Source: a virus (Duplodnaviria; Caudoviricetes). From it: a DNA stretch of 30,531 nucleotides. The notes under the pieces are model-generated. The model saw only the letters and a program-made list of their open reading frames with translations, ran no database searches and was not told the DNA's origin. Numbering within the stretch: the first letter of the stretch is position 1; every line of letters begins with the position of its first letter. Position numbers and translations under genes: made by a program. Positions 1 through 9,789 of this stretch are shown one piece after another. Location of the stretch: positions 1-30,531 of the IMG/VR virus record IMGVR_UViG_3300030376_001117; one strand, given 5' to 3'.

Positions 1-324
1 GAAGCTATATCTGGCTCAGTACAGAAGAACGGAGGAAATACCTCTGTTGCAACTGCTGTTAAAGTAAACCCTTGTAAATCTCCAGCAGCAGCTCCTGTTA
101 CAATTGTACCCCCAGTAATTTCTGCACCATTATCTCTACCCATTAGTAAACGCTTTGTATTACCAGCACCATCTGGGTACAATTCTACTACATAGTGAGC
201 TCTACCTCTGTTAAGAAGTTTAATCTCCTCTTGTGTAGCTACATCTAAAACTTGAAAAGTTACATTTAAAGTACTTTCGTAAAAAGTAGTACCATTCTCT
301 CTTGATGAGTTTACTACTGTTTCT
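1..324. repeat. Terminal direct repeat, left copy (circular or terminally redundant assembly overlap)
   Basis: 1-324 aligns without gaps to 30208-30531; 10 mismatches counted by eye (63, 93, 102, 111, 150, 152, 153, 156, 165, 324). Confidence 0.97.
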
Positions 325-515
325 AAAGATGATTGCCCACCTTTTACCTCAAACTTAAAAAACTCAGCAGAGTTATCAGTTGGTAAGGTTATAGTACCAC
401 TTGAATCGCCTAAAGCAGCTACAACAGCACTATAATCTAAGATGTAAATATTTTTAATTCCAGCAAAGGCAGTCTTACATCCAACCCCTCTACCTTTTGT
501 TATTGCACAAGCCAT
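1..515 (-). CDS. Putative major tail (tube) protein, 5' part; continues across the overlap to the stop at 30183 (179 aa in total)
   Basis: ATG at 515 reads MACAITKGRGVGCKTAFAGIKNIYILDY...ENGTTFYESTLNVTF...LMGRDNGAEITGGTIVTGAAAGDLQGFTLT; lies directly after the capsid gene; tube function is inferred; missed in full by the ORF track. Confidence 0.7.
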   Translation of the reverse strand, partial: MACAITKGRGVGCKTAFAGIKNIYILDYSAVVAALGDSSGTITLPTDNSAEFFKFEVKGGQSSLETVVNSSRENGTTFYESTLNVTFQVLDVATQEEIKLLNRGRAHYVVELYPDGAGNTKRLLMGRDNGAEITGGTIVTGAAAGDLQGFTLTAVATEVFPPFFCTEPDIA

Positions 516-530
516 ATTTTATAATTTAAT

Positions 531-559
531 AAAAAAGGGTAGGCAGTTTTGCCCACCCT
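531..559 (-). terminator. Rho-independent terminator after the major capsid gene
   Basis: AGGGTGGGCA-AAAC-TGCCTACCCT followed by a T run on the minus strand. Confidence 0.85.
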
Positions 560-583
560 CTTTATGTTAGTTAATTGTTTTTA

Positions 584-1495
584 TTAATCGTAAAGAACTA
601 CGTCAGCACCAACACCGATTTGCACACCAGCAGTATATCGCATAACGATACGCACATTCATACTTCCATCGTTCTCAGCCATATCAATAACTCTTACTTC
701 GTTTCTGTCATCTAATAGACCTGTTCCAAAGAATAAGTTAGATTGTCTTGCAGCCATTGCACAGTTATCTCTTAAACCACTTGTTGGGTATAAATCAACA
801 CCATCAAAAGATACTGACCCTCCTTGATACCACATATGCGATTGTGCATCTACACCAGAGTTAGTAGCAGCAAATCCACCTAAAGCTCTTACGTAAGCCT
901 TAAACATATTTTGAGATATATATATTTTCAAATCCTCAGCTCCATATACTCCACTTGGAATAGCATCAACGATTTTTCCAAGCTCAGTAACAACATTTGC
1001 AGATGTTACAGTAGTTCCTGTTACATCATTTACAGTACCATCAGCTAAAGCTAATGCTCTGAATCCGTCAAAGTTGTCAGCACCACTAGCACCATCCCAA
1101 ATTGAAGTTTCAGTACTAGAAGCAACCTCAGCAGCAACTCTTGAAATTACGAAATCACTAAATAGTGGAGGTAAGTTATCAAATGCAGAATATCCCATTT
1201 GAGCAGCTTCCCAGTCAGAGTGAAGTGTTTTCTTGCAAATGTCAAGGTTTACTTGTAACTCTTTTGGAGTAAGTACCTTTTCTGTTAAAGCCAAACTTGA
1301 AGTAGATGTATCGAAATCACAACTTGCTCCTTTAATTAAGTTTGAGAAAGCTCCTACTTTCATAGCAGCCTTGTATTTGATGTTTGGTAATACTGTAATA
1401 GCACCATCATCTATTGTTTTCGCAGCTAATAAACTTGCAGCTATATATTTGCCGGCAAATTCTCCACTGTACGAACTAGTAATTGTTACACTCAT
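584..1495 (-). CDS. Major capsid protein
   Basis: 303 aa; follows protease and scaffold genes and precedes a terminator; YxGEFAGKYIAAxLL N-terminus resembles capsid proteins of marine Bacteroidota phages. Confidence 0.8.
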   Translation of the reverse strand: MSVTITSSYSGEFAGKYIAASLLAAKTIDDGAITVLPNIKYKAAMKVGAFSNLIKGASCDFDTSTSSLALTEKVLTPKELQVNLDICKKTLHSDWEAAQMGYSAFDNLPPLFSDFVISRVAAEVASSTETSIWDGASGADNFDGFRALALADGTVNDVTGTTVTSANVVTELGKIVDAIPSGVYGAEDLKIYISQNMFKAYVRALGGFAATNSGVDAQSHMWYQGGSVSFDGVDLYPTSGLRDNCAMAARQSNLFFGTGLLDDRNEVRVIDMAENDGSMNVRIVMRYTAGVQIGVGADVVLYD

Positions 1496-1506
1496 TTGTT
1501 TTATTT

Positions 1507-2109
1507 TTAGTTATTAATATTAATTATTCTTTTCATTACTCTATCAGCTATACTTGGCTTTCTGTTTTTACCAAATTTATAGCCATCATTATTTTTTGTA
1601 TTAGCCTCTGGATTTGCCATAATTGGCTCAGCAGCTGGTTTATTAAGTTCCTCTTGTACTTCCTCTGGCACTTCGCTTAACTCTGTTTTTTCGTGTTTAG
1701 CTAGTTCCTCAGTCATTAGGTTTCCTAAATCATCAGCACTCATTTCTTCCTTAGGCTCTAACATAGCTTTGATTTCTTCAATCATTTCTTTTACCTCAGC
1801 TAGTTCTCTTTTAGTAGCATACATTTCTTCTTCTTCGTCTTTTGCTTCTACTTCCTCTTTTTCTTTAGATTTAATTTCAGCAATAACTCCCTCTTCTTCT
1901 ACTACTAACATACGACCATCTTCCATTTCGTATTTACCTACTGGTACAGCTACCTTTTCATCTTCTGTTACGATAAAGATTTCTTTACCAGATTCAAACG
2001 CTTCTGCCTCAAGGACAGTTCCGTTTTCTAACGTCTGTTTTTCTAACTTAACTTCTTCGGATAAGTTTAGAACTTCTTTGATTTTACTAATCATATCATT
2101 TGTATTCAT
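1507..2109 (-). CDS. Putative capsid scaffolding protein
   Basis: 200 aa, very Glu-rich, coiled-coil-like, basic C-terminus; between protease and capsid genes. Confidence 0.65.
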   Translation of the reverse strand: MNTNDMISKIKEVLNLSEEVKLEKQTLENGTVLEAEAFESGKEIFIVTEDEKVAVPVGKYEMEDGRMLVVEEEGVIAEIKSKEKEEVEAKDEEEEMYATKRELAEVKEMIEEIKAMLEPKEEMSADDLGNLMTEELAKHEKTELSEVPEEVQEELNKPAAEPIMANPEANTKNNDGYKFGKNRKPSIADRVMKRIININN

Positions 2110-2140
2110 ATTAATATATAAGTGTTAAAAATTAATTTTG
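2107..2140 (-). promoter_or_regulatory. Putative phage late promoter CAAAA-N14-TTATATATTAAT-ATG
   Basis: One of five copies with identical spacing, each ending at a start codon. Confidence 0.75.
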
Positions 2141-2148
2141 CATTTTTA

Positions 2149-2295
2149 TTATGTTGTTTTTCCTATACCTTGCGCTCTAAGGCTACCATCACAGCATTTA
2201 ACGTTGTAAGTATTATCCTCACATAAACAACCTCTACGTTTACCTCTAGGACTTGTTTTACTTGGTGTTATAAATCTTTTAATTTTCTTTAGCAT
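2149..2295 (-). CDS. Small Cys-rich protein (48 aa), head module
   Basis: MLKKIKRFITPSKTSPRGKRRGCLCEDNTYNVKCCDGSLRAQGIGKTT; TAATG coupling with the upstream stop; below ORF-track cutoff. Confidence 0.75.
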   Translation of the reverse strand: MLKKIKRFITPSKTSPRGKRRGCLCEDNTYNVKCCDGSLRAQGIGKTT

Positions 2296-3902
2296 TATTT
2301 TTTGTCGCTTTTTGGGTGTCCTTTAGGTAAAAGGTCATTATCAGTTTTATACTTTGCATTTTGAGGTCTGCCATTTTTAACTAAATATAAAAAAGCATTT
2401 ACTCTTGCAAACGCCCAAGCCGAAGCTGATTTTATACGAGGACTATGTGAAACGTTGAAAGCTCCTAAACCTCTTTGAAATACAGATTTTAACATTCCTA
2501 CGCTTACACCATAACCAAGTTTTTCTTTGTATCTTTCATTAAAATCATCAGACTTCTTTTTTAAAGTAGCTTCATCAGCTTTAGAAACTTTAGCTCCTCT
2601 ACTTGTTGAGGCATCCCCTTTAGCTGTTCCTTTACCCTTTGGGTTTGGGTTTGGTGTATCGCTCTTTGGTGCTTTTGGACTTTTTTTTATTCCACCCCTT
2701 TCACCTACCTCAGCCATTCTTACACATTTACCATCTTTTTTTTTATAACCTTTAGGGCACTTACCATACATATCTTCCTTAATATGAGTTTCGCAAGGCA
2801 TATACCAAGTCTTGCCCTCAAATTCGTGAGTATGAAAACCTTTACAACCAATATTATTAGCCATTTCTTCGGCTTTTTCCTGTGTTGAGTAAGCAAGTCT
2901 GTCGTCTATAATTGCAAAATCTTGATTAATTACCATAGAGGCTAACTCTATTTCTCCTAATTCTTTTAGTTTGCTCTCTGCCCAACGCTTACCAGCTTTA
3001 CCACCCCATAGTAAATACGAAATAGTGCCACAAGCCTTAGTATCTCCCTCATCGTAGTATTCCTCTGCTCTTGACAAATAAGAGTACATACGCTTTATTG
3101 TTTCTTTACTGATTGCTTTACCTTGTGCTAATTGTTGTGCTCTTACTTTTCCTACTTGTGTCGCACACTTGTTATTAACTTTTTCGTTTAGCTCTAAGCC
3201 TCTCTTTGCATTATTTTTAACACCACTTGGATAATCAGAATAACTTTCTAAAGTTGTCTTTTTACCAGTATTATATCTTTTATCATTTTTAATAATAGCC
3301 TTTACTTGAGCTAATAAATACTCTGCTTCTTGTTGATCTAAGTCTTGTAGTAGTTTATCACTACTAAAATCCTTAATTGCCTCTTTAGGTCGTTCCATTT
3401 TATCAGCGAAGTAACCCTCTATGCTAAACCCTTTTACTTTTCCTGTTTTTACAAACTCTTGCCATATTTGCTCATTGTTTACTTTTACAGCACCTACCCA
3501 AGTACCAACTGGTAAATCCATACCATATTTTACACTTTTATCGTGTACCTTATCTTCTACTATCCAAGATTCTACTAAACTAAGTCCGTTTAACTGATAC
3601 TGGTGTTCTAAGGTACTATTATTCTGTTTGCCTTGCATTAAGTACATTTGTGAGGCTTTTAAGACAGTATCTTTTGAGAAATATATATAGTACTCATCTT
3701 CTCCGTTACGTCTGTATATAGGCTTATTTGGTATAAGCAACGCACCCATTAAAATACGCTTTTCATTATCTACCTCTGCAAGTTTAAACTCTTGTGATTT
3801 AAGAGCAATAAAATCTTCTTCTATTGCTGGGTTTTCTACTACACTTATAGCTTCTATCCCTATTTCTTGTTCTTCGTCTAATATTAGTTCTACTATTCGC
3901 AT
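2295..3902 (-). CDS. XkdF-like putative prohead serine protease with C-terminal accessory domains
   Basis: N-terminal AISVVENPAIE, KRILMGALLIPNKPIYR, HQ..LVESW, GTW, KGFSIEG motifs; followed by several small domains. Confidence 0.75.
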   Translation of the reverse strand: MRIVELILDEEQEIGIEAISVVENPAIEEDFIALKSQEFKLAEVDNEKRILMGALLIPNKPIYRRNGEDEYYIYFSKDTVLKASQMYLMQGKQNNSTLEHQYQLNGLSLVESWIVEDKVHDKSVKYGMDLPVGTWVGAVKVNNEQIWQEFVKTGKVKGFSIEGYFADKMERPKEAIKDFSSDKLLQDLDQQEAEYLLAQVKAIIKNDKRYNTGKKTTLESYSDYPSGVKNNAKRGLELNEKVNNKCATQVGKVRAQQLAQGKAISKETIKRMYSYLSRAEEYYDEGDTKACGTISYLLWGGKAGKRWAESKLKELGEIELASMVINQDFAIIDDRLAYSTQEKAEEMANNIGCKGFHTHEFEGKTWYMPCETHIKEDMYGKCPKGYKKKDGKCVRMAEVGERGGIKKSPKAPKSDTPNPNPKGKGTAKGDASTSRGAKVSKADEATLKKKSDDFNERYKEKLGYGVSVGMLKSVFQRGLGAFNVSHSPRIKSASAWAFARVNAFLYLVKNGRPQNAKYKTDNDLLPKGHPKSDKK

Positions 3903-3933
3903 ATTAATATATAATAGTTTTTAATTTATTTTG
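3900..3933 (-). promoter_or_regulatory. Putative phage late promoter CAAAA-N14-TTATATATTAAT-ATG
   Basis: Repeat motif directly abutting the ATG at 3902. Confidence 0.75.
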
Positions 3934-3936
3934 TAT

Positions 3937-5892
3937 TTATAATGTCGCACCCTCTACTATGTTATTTTCTAAGCTCTGTGCTGTTGTAACATCATTAGCT
4001 ACTACAAATGCTTGTACAGGTTGTTGTATCTGCCCTCCTATTGCGTCAGCTAGTTGGTTAGTATCACTTGCACCTACTATATTAAACTGTGGGGGTTGAG
4101 CTATTGTAACATCTCCACCACCCCCAGCAGCACCTACCCCACCTTTTTCATTAGGGATTTTTACAGAAGCTATTTGTTTTACTTGTTTAAAACCATTTAT
4201 TCCTACTGTAACCATAGCAGCTATTCTAGCAAAAGTGTTTGGTATTGTTTCATCTTTTAATGCTTTATTCATACCTATATAAGTGTCAATAGTTGCAGCA
4301 GCAATTCCCATAGCTTTGGCTTCTGATGTTTGAGCACCCATAACTGATGATAAATCAGATAATATAGAACTTGTAGCTCTTAAAGCAATTTCTTTGGTTT
4401 TTGTTTCTCCTTTTGATATTTTTTCTCTTTTTTTAGCATAAAATTCTTCTATTTCTGTTCTAGCTGCTTCTGAACTTTCTGTATTTTTTACTTTTGACAA
4501 TTCTAAAGCCTCTTGAAAATTCAGTTGTTCTAATTCGGTCATATTAAGTAGCTCGTACTTATTTCGTAACGCAAGTGCCTCCTCTTCTGCCTTTGTAAAA
4601 GCATCTGTTTCTTTTTCTTCTTCTTCCTGTGTTGTACCTGTTAAAGCATCTGCAAATCCTATAAGTTCTGAAAATTCTTCCTCATCAACAAATGCCTGTG
4701 CTTCTTCTGCTATTTGTTTTAATTTTTCTTTGTATGAATCACTAGCTTCTGTTGCTGTTTTTTCAACTTTAGATTTAGATGGTTTTATAAATTCAGTAAA
4801 ATCTAGTCTTTCTGTTTCTTTATCAATGGCTTCTTGAATTTTTGCTCTTCCAGCTATAAATGTTGATAATTCAGATGCGATTTGCTTTTGTCTTAATTTA
4901 GAAGCGTCAATTTGCGTTTGTATTTGCTCCTTTTCTCCTAATGTAAAAAAACCACCTTTATCATCTGTTGATGCCTTTTGTTTAGCAATTAATTCTTGCA
5001 TTACAGCAGCCTCTTCCATCAAAGCTATATTTGTTTTACCAATTACAGTTTGTGCTTCTAACTCATCACTATATAAACGTTCTATGTTTGTTAATATAGA
5101 TTTATTTCTTGCTTGTATTTTAATAGATTCAATTTGTTGATCTATAAATACTAAAGACTCTGCTGTAAGGTTGTTATTTTCATCTAGCTGCAAATTGGAA
5201 TCACCATACTTTTCATTTAGATTTTCAACTACTCTTGCTAAGTCCTCACCTCTTAAAGCTCCAGATTGATATGCTTTTGCTACTGTTTTTAATTCAACGC
5301 TTTGTTTAGCTATGGATTGATTCATAGCCAACATTTCTTTTTCTATATTTTCTCTTGCTTTTTTTGTTTCTTCTGATATACCACCTAAAAATTCTTTTAC
5401 CTTATCAAAATTAGCAACTAATAAACCTACACCAACAACCAGAGCACCTATACCAGTAGCCAACATAGCTCTTTTAAAACCTCCTAATCCTTTTGACGAT
5501 AATGAGATAGCTTCAAAACTATCTTTAAACTTTTGAGCTAAACCACCTGTAAGCTCATTAAGTAATCCCATTGCACCACCATTACTTATTAAATCTTCTG
5601 TAAGATTTGATGTACCTTTACTAAGTTGAGATTGTTGTAGCTTTAGTTTTTTTACAGATAATGTCTGATCTTTTAATGAGTTTTTAACGTGCTTTAATTG
5701 ATCGTTATATTTCTTTTGAGCAGCCAAAGATGATTTGGGTGTATCAGCTAATTGACGTTCTAATTTTTGTTGTTCTTCCCTTAGCTCTATTGTAATTTGC
5801 TCTTGCTCCTCAAGTATGTTATTTAACAAATTTAAGTCTGTAATAGCATCACTTGCATTTACATTAATATCTATTGTTTTTTCTATCGCCAT
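3937..5892 (-). CDS. Putative tail tape measure protein
   Basis: 651 aa, long helical/coiled-coil composition with a hydrophobic Gly/Ala stretch (ATGIGALVVGVGLLVANF). Confidence 0.7.
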   Translation of the reverse strand: MAIEKTIDINVNASDAITDLNLLNNILEEQEQITIELREEQQKLERQLADTPKSSLAAQKKYNDQLKHVKNSLKDQTLSVKKLKLQQSQLSKGTSNLTEDLISNGGAMGLLNELTGGLAQKFKDSFEAISLSSKGLGGFKRAMLATGIGALVVGVGLLVANFDKVKEFLGGISEETKKARENIEKEMLAMNQSIAKQSVELKTVAKAYQSGALRGEDLARVVENLNEKYGDSNLQLDENNNLTAESLVFIDQQIESIKIQARNKSILTNIERLYSDELEAQTVIGKTNIALMEEAAVMQELIAKQKASTDDKGGFFTLGEKEQIQTQIDASKLRQKQIASELSTFIAGRAKIQEAIDKETERLDFTEFIKPSKSKVEKTATEASDSYKEKLKQIAEEAQAFVDEEEFSELIGFADALTGTTQEEEEKETDAFTKAEEEALALRNKYELLNMTELEQLNFQEALELSKVKNTESSEAARTEIEEFYAKKREKISKGETKTKEIALRATSSILSDLSSVMGAQTSEAKAMGIAAATIDTYIGMNKALKDETIPNTFARIAAMVTVGINGFKQVKQIASVKIPNEKGGVGAAGGGGDVTIAQPPQFNIVGASDTNQLADAIGGQIQQPVQAFVVANDVTTAQSLENNIVEGATL

Positions 5893-6023
5893 TTTATCTC
5901 TTGTTTAAGTGCTTTGTAACCCTCTTTTATTGTTGTAGGTAGTTTGTGTTTACCTTGTGCTATACGGATGTTTTCTGTTTCTCCGTCTGCGTGTTTTAAA
6001 AGTTCTAATATATTCTTTATCAT
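5883..6023 (-). CDS. Small hypothetical protein (46 aa), tail module
   Basis: MIKNILELLKHADGETENIRIAQGKHKLPTTIKEGYKALKQEIKWR; TAATG coupling; fills the gap exactly. Confidence 0.7.
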   Translation of the reverse strand: MIKNILELLKHADGETENIRIAQGKHKLPTTIKEGYKALKQEIKWR

Positions 6024-8671
6024 TATTCTAGTATTATGGTGTCTGATGCCTCAGTTATTAGTGTATCTCCATTCTCTGCCAATGCAGTAGGTGCTAGGTC
6101 TGTTGTTGCAAATACTATTCTATCATTAGAAAATACAACACTACTACTAATGGTGTATCTTGTTCTTATAGCAAACTTGTATGTAATATCACTTGATAGA
6201 CCAGTTAAAGTTCTACCACTAATGTCGTTGGCTAGTGTTTCTACAAAAGCATCATCTTTGTAAATGTCGTACCCTGTTATATTATTAGCAACTGGGTCGC
6301 TTAAAGGAGTCCATCCTAAAGTAACAAAGTTAGTACCCTTACCAGCAACAGTAATATTTGCTAGTCTAGGTAAAAGTGCAGATTGATCGTTTTCAACAGA
6401 AGATATATCAGCACTTATGCTGTATAATTCTAAAGAACTTTTGTTAGTTAGTAAATTGCTTTTTATAGAGTTTATTCTATAAGGTTTATTCCCTATAATA
6501 AATGTATCATTTAATTGATATTTTAAAATAATATGTAATGGCAAATAAGCATCTACTTTATTAATTCTAGCTTGTTTTTCAAATACACTTGTTACATAGT
6601 TTAAATAATATTTGGCTAGTAGATTAGTTCCTTTTGGCTCAAGAAAAAACTCATCTTGCTCTATACTAAAATTTAAAGCAGATGATGTGTCGCTAACACC
6701 ACCACTTGATACCCTTACTTGACTAGGTCTGTTGTATTCAGTAATAGTTGCTGGAGAGCCACCATCAGCATTTGCAAAAGTAAAATTTGTACTAGATGTA
6801 TGTCTAGTTATATAAAGTAAAAGTGGTTTTCCTATTGTTGCGTTGAAGTCTTTGTCTAACATAGCACCTTGCCCAATAGTAGTTAAAGCACCATTGTTTT
6901 CATCAGACAATCTTTCATACATTATTTTTTCAAAATCTAATTCTATTTTGTAGTCAGTTCCATCCCCTTGAGGTAATACATAATTAATTCCCCCAAAATT
7001 ATCTGCTTGTAACTCATCTGATTTTTTTACTAAAAAGGTTTCTTTACTTTTAAAATTAAAATCAAAACTCTTATAAGGTAGTACTTTACTTATGGAGTTT
7101 TTAGTTGTATCTACATATTTAGTAATGTCATAAGAAACACCCTCTAAATAATAATCGTTTAAAGGTAGCACTCTTATTTTGTCATCTTCTTTATAGGCTA
7201 CCAAATTAAACATCTTAAATAAGTTTGTTAAGAAGTCTATTGTTTTAATCTTAGGCATTTGTCTGTTAATAATAACAGTGTTAGCTACTGATAAAGTGTC
7301 TAGAGTATATGTTCCTGTATTACTGTTGGCTGTTGTAGATGCAACAATATTAAATGCTGATATGTTAAAAGTGTTAGGAGAAGTTACTTCTATAATTACA
7401 TTAACAGTTCCATTATTAAAATTTACAGGGCGTGAATATGATGTACTGCCAGTAAATTCTTCATTTAATATGTTTTCTTCTGTTGTAAAAAAACCTGTAT
7501 CAAATAATTCTACTGATGGTGTATATACTCTTAAATTAAATTCATCTGTTGCTGATGCTGTTGTTATATTAAATGTAAGTGTAGCAGTTGTACCATTAAG
7601 ACCAATAATATCTGGACTTTGAGCTATTAAAGGACGCATTTCTGTTGTACCACCTTGTAAAGTTAAACCAGAATCAACATCATCTGGAAAATGAAATTTG
7701 GCTTGTAATACATTTAATCCTCCACCCTCTGGTGCATTGCTCATAAAACCCTTTTCTCTGTGCATCCATAAATACAGTCTGTTAAAATCTTCTGTGTTAA
7801 AAAACTCCCCTGTAAAATCTATTTCTGAATATGTAGCTTCAATAGCATCTATAATCTTTCTTACTTTTATAGCTGGTTTTAAATCTCTGTAATTTAAAAA
7901 CTCGCTAGGTGTGGATGAAGATTTATATTGATTATTATTATATCGCATATTTTTAGTATGCGTAATTAAGGGAAAACATACATCTGATAAATTTATAAAC
8001 TTATCTAATACTGTTGTATGATTATATGCAAAATTCAAACTACTTGGGAATATTAAATCTTTAAGTTGTGTTTCTCCAAGTAAGTCTTTCAAATCAATAG
8101 TTTCTCCAAAGAATACAATCTTATATGCGTGTGGTTTATTATTTTTTAAACTAACACTACTTAATCTTATTTTGCCTTTCTTATAATCAGTTCCATTTAG
8201 CTTAATAAGTGCATCTACTTTACGCCTAGCATCAAAACTATCTAATATATCAGAATCTTCATAGTGTCTAAATATCTTAGAATTATGTTTAGAAGCTGGT
8301 ACGTTAAATTGCTGTGAAAAAGGAGTAAATATCTTAGCTACATCTTTTACGTTTTTTATACTATCTGTAATACTTACACTTTCATCTTCAAATAAATCTA
8401 GTCTTTGAAAATCGCTTTTAATTACATATTGATTTCCAGCTGTAAAGAAATTGCTACCATCAGTGGATTCAGATAACACTAAAGTAGTATCATTAGTTAC
8501 AGCAGTAACCTTAGCAGATGTTCCATTTGTTTTATTAAATACGATATATCCTACCTCAACAGTAGATGTAAAACTAGCGTTGGCATCAATTAAATTATTA
8601 GTAGATGTGCTTGTAGCTGATGATGGTTGTATAAAAACGCCATCTCTTATATATAACTCTATTATCTGCAT
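6023..8671 (-). CDS. Large tail tip/hub protein with C-terminal fibronectin type III-like domain
   Basis: 882 aa beta-rich; LDLFEDESVSIT...FSQQFNVPAS N-terminal tail motif; VTLGW..ITGYDIY..LTGLSSDITYKFAIR FN3 pattern near the C-terminus. Confidence 0.65.
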   Translation of the reverse strand: MQIIELYIRDGVFIQPSSATSTSTNNLIDANASFTSTVEVGYIVFNKTNGTSAKVTAVTNDTTLVLSESTDGSNFFTAGNQYVIKSDFQRLDLFEDESVSITDSIKNVKDVAKIFTPFSQQFNVPASKHNSKIFRHYEDSDILDSFDARRKVDALIKLNGTDYKKGKIRLSSVSLKNNKPHAYKIVFFGETIDLKDLLGETQLKDLIFPSSLNFAYNHTTVLDKFINLSDVCFPLITHTKNMRYNNNQYKSSSTPSEFLNYRDLKPAIKVRKIIDAIEATYSEIDFTGEFFNTEDFNRLYLWMHREKGFMSNAPEGGGLNVLQAKFHFPDDVDSGLTLQGGTTEMRPLIAQSPDIIGLNGTTATLTFNITTASATDEFNLRVYTPSVELFDTGFFTTEENILNEEFTGSTSYSRPVNFNNGTVNVIIEVTSPNTFNISAFNIVASTTANSNTGTYTLDTLSVANTVIINRQMPKIKTIDFLTNLFKMFNLVAYKEDDKIRVLPLNDYYLEGVSYDITKYVDTTKNSISKVLPYKSFDFNFKSKETFLVKKSDELQADNFGGINYVLPQGDGTDYKIELDFEKIMYERLSDENNGALTTIGQGAMLDKDFNATIGKPLLLYITRHTSSTNFTFANADGGSPATITEYNRPSQVRVSSGGVSDTSSALNFSIEQDEFFLEPKGTNLLAKYYLNYVTSVFEKQARINKVDAYLPLHIILKYQLNDTFIIGNKPYRINSIKSNLLTNKSSLELYSISADISSVENDQSALLPRLANITVAGKGTNFVTLGWTPLSDPVANNITGYDIYKDDAFVETLANDISGRTLTGLSSDITYKFAIRTRYTISSSVVFSNDRIVFATTDLAPTALAENGDTLITEASDTIILE

Positions 8672-9789
8672 TAGCGTACATTATTTATAGTGTCAAAAGC
8701 AAATTCAACTTCTATTGTATAATTTATAATCTTGTCGTTTAATTGTGTCTTATATGCTAAAGAGCTACTTGTTACTTGTATTGGTAATGTCTGTGAGTTT
8801 ATCTCTATCCAACAATCCTCACTTAATTGCATTTCTTTAAATACATCATTGTAAGCCTCTGGGTAATATCCTGTGTTGAGGGTTAGTTTTTCTTTACCAT
8901 TCTTTGTAAGTGTTTTATCTTGATGGTTGCTTATGCTGTAAGATGCACTACTAATTATGTTACGTTTAAACTTTTCTTTTTTAGTTGTTAAAGTTTCATT
9001 AGTGCGTTTGAAAAACCATATATCTTGTAAGCTACCAAACTTATTAATAAAGGTTACTTTGTATGGTGTAAACTTACATTCGCTTTCATTCTTTACAGTT
9101 AGCTTAGTAACACCACTTGTAGTATCTACATATATTGTGTCAAAGTCAAATAATGTATATTCTTTAGCAAACTCAGATAAACAATCGCTACCCTCAAAAA
9201 TACCTCCACTTTGTATTACTCTATCCTCAAACTGATCTGAGCCATTTATACCATTTGTAACATATTTTATTTGTGTAGTACTGTTTGTGGTTGAACTTAT
9301 AGCTTGTGTGAATACCTCACTTCCGTTTAGCTCATATGTTACTTGTGTAGCTAAAGATGTATCAACAGCTATTGTAGCTGGTGCATCATCTAGCTTAACT
9401 ATTGTAGTATTAGACTGTAATAGTCCTTGATTGTTAGTTGGGTTTACACCATCTTCAAAAAAGCCATAACCATAAAATCCTTTTAGTTGTGTAAAGCTAC
9501 TTGCAGCACCCTCCTCATTTTGGATTGTGTTTGTTGTCCTGTAATCTACCCATTGTATCTCACTTGAATAACCTCCACTAAAGGTATTAGTAAAGTAATC
9601 TCTTACCAGCTCTGCTATTTCAAAAGTACATCTATTTTCTACTGCAAATGATCTAAGTGTATAAGTAGCTGTTGTTGGTCTGTTAGTTGTTTGCGTTCCT
9701 GTGTATATAAACAACTCTAACTTACAGCTTGTTAAATTATTTGCAGTTATTGTTATGTAGTATGGGCTTCTTACGTTTATCTTGCTCAT
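8671..9789 (-). CDS. Putative tail structural protein (distal-tail-like)
   Basis: 372 aa, Thr-rich beta; FINKFG...WFF and LTLNTG motifs; tail module context. Confidence 0.55.
   Translation of the reverse strand: MSKINVRSPYYITITANNLTSCKLELFIYTGTQTTNRPTTATYTLRSFAVENRCTFEIAELVRDYFTNTFSGGYSSEIQWVDYRTTNTIQNEEGAASSFTQLKGFYGYGFFEDGVNPTNNQGLLQSNTTIVKLDDAPATIAVDTSLATQVTYELNGSEVFTQAISSTTNSTTQIKYVTNGINGSDQFEDRVIQSGGIFEGSDCLSEFAKEYTLFDFDTIYVDTTSGVTKLTVKNESECKFTPYKVTFINKFGSLQDIWFFKRTNETLTTKKEKFKRNIISSASYSISNHQDKTLTKNGKEKLTLNTGYYPEAYNDVFKEMQLSEDCWIEINSQTLPIQVTSSSLAYKTQLNDKIINYTIEVEFAFDTINNVR

Noticed and set aside
1-324. True fixed direct terminal repeat (T7-like ends)
   Set aside because: It falls mid-gene, the copies are non-identical and the terminase looks PBSX/SPP1-like; an assembly overlap of a circularly permuted genome is more likely.
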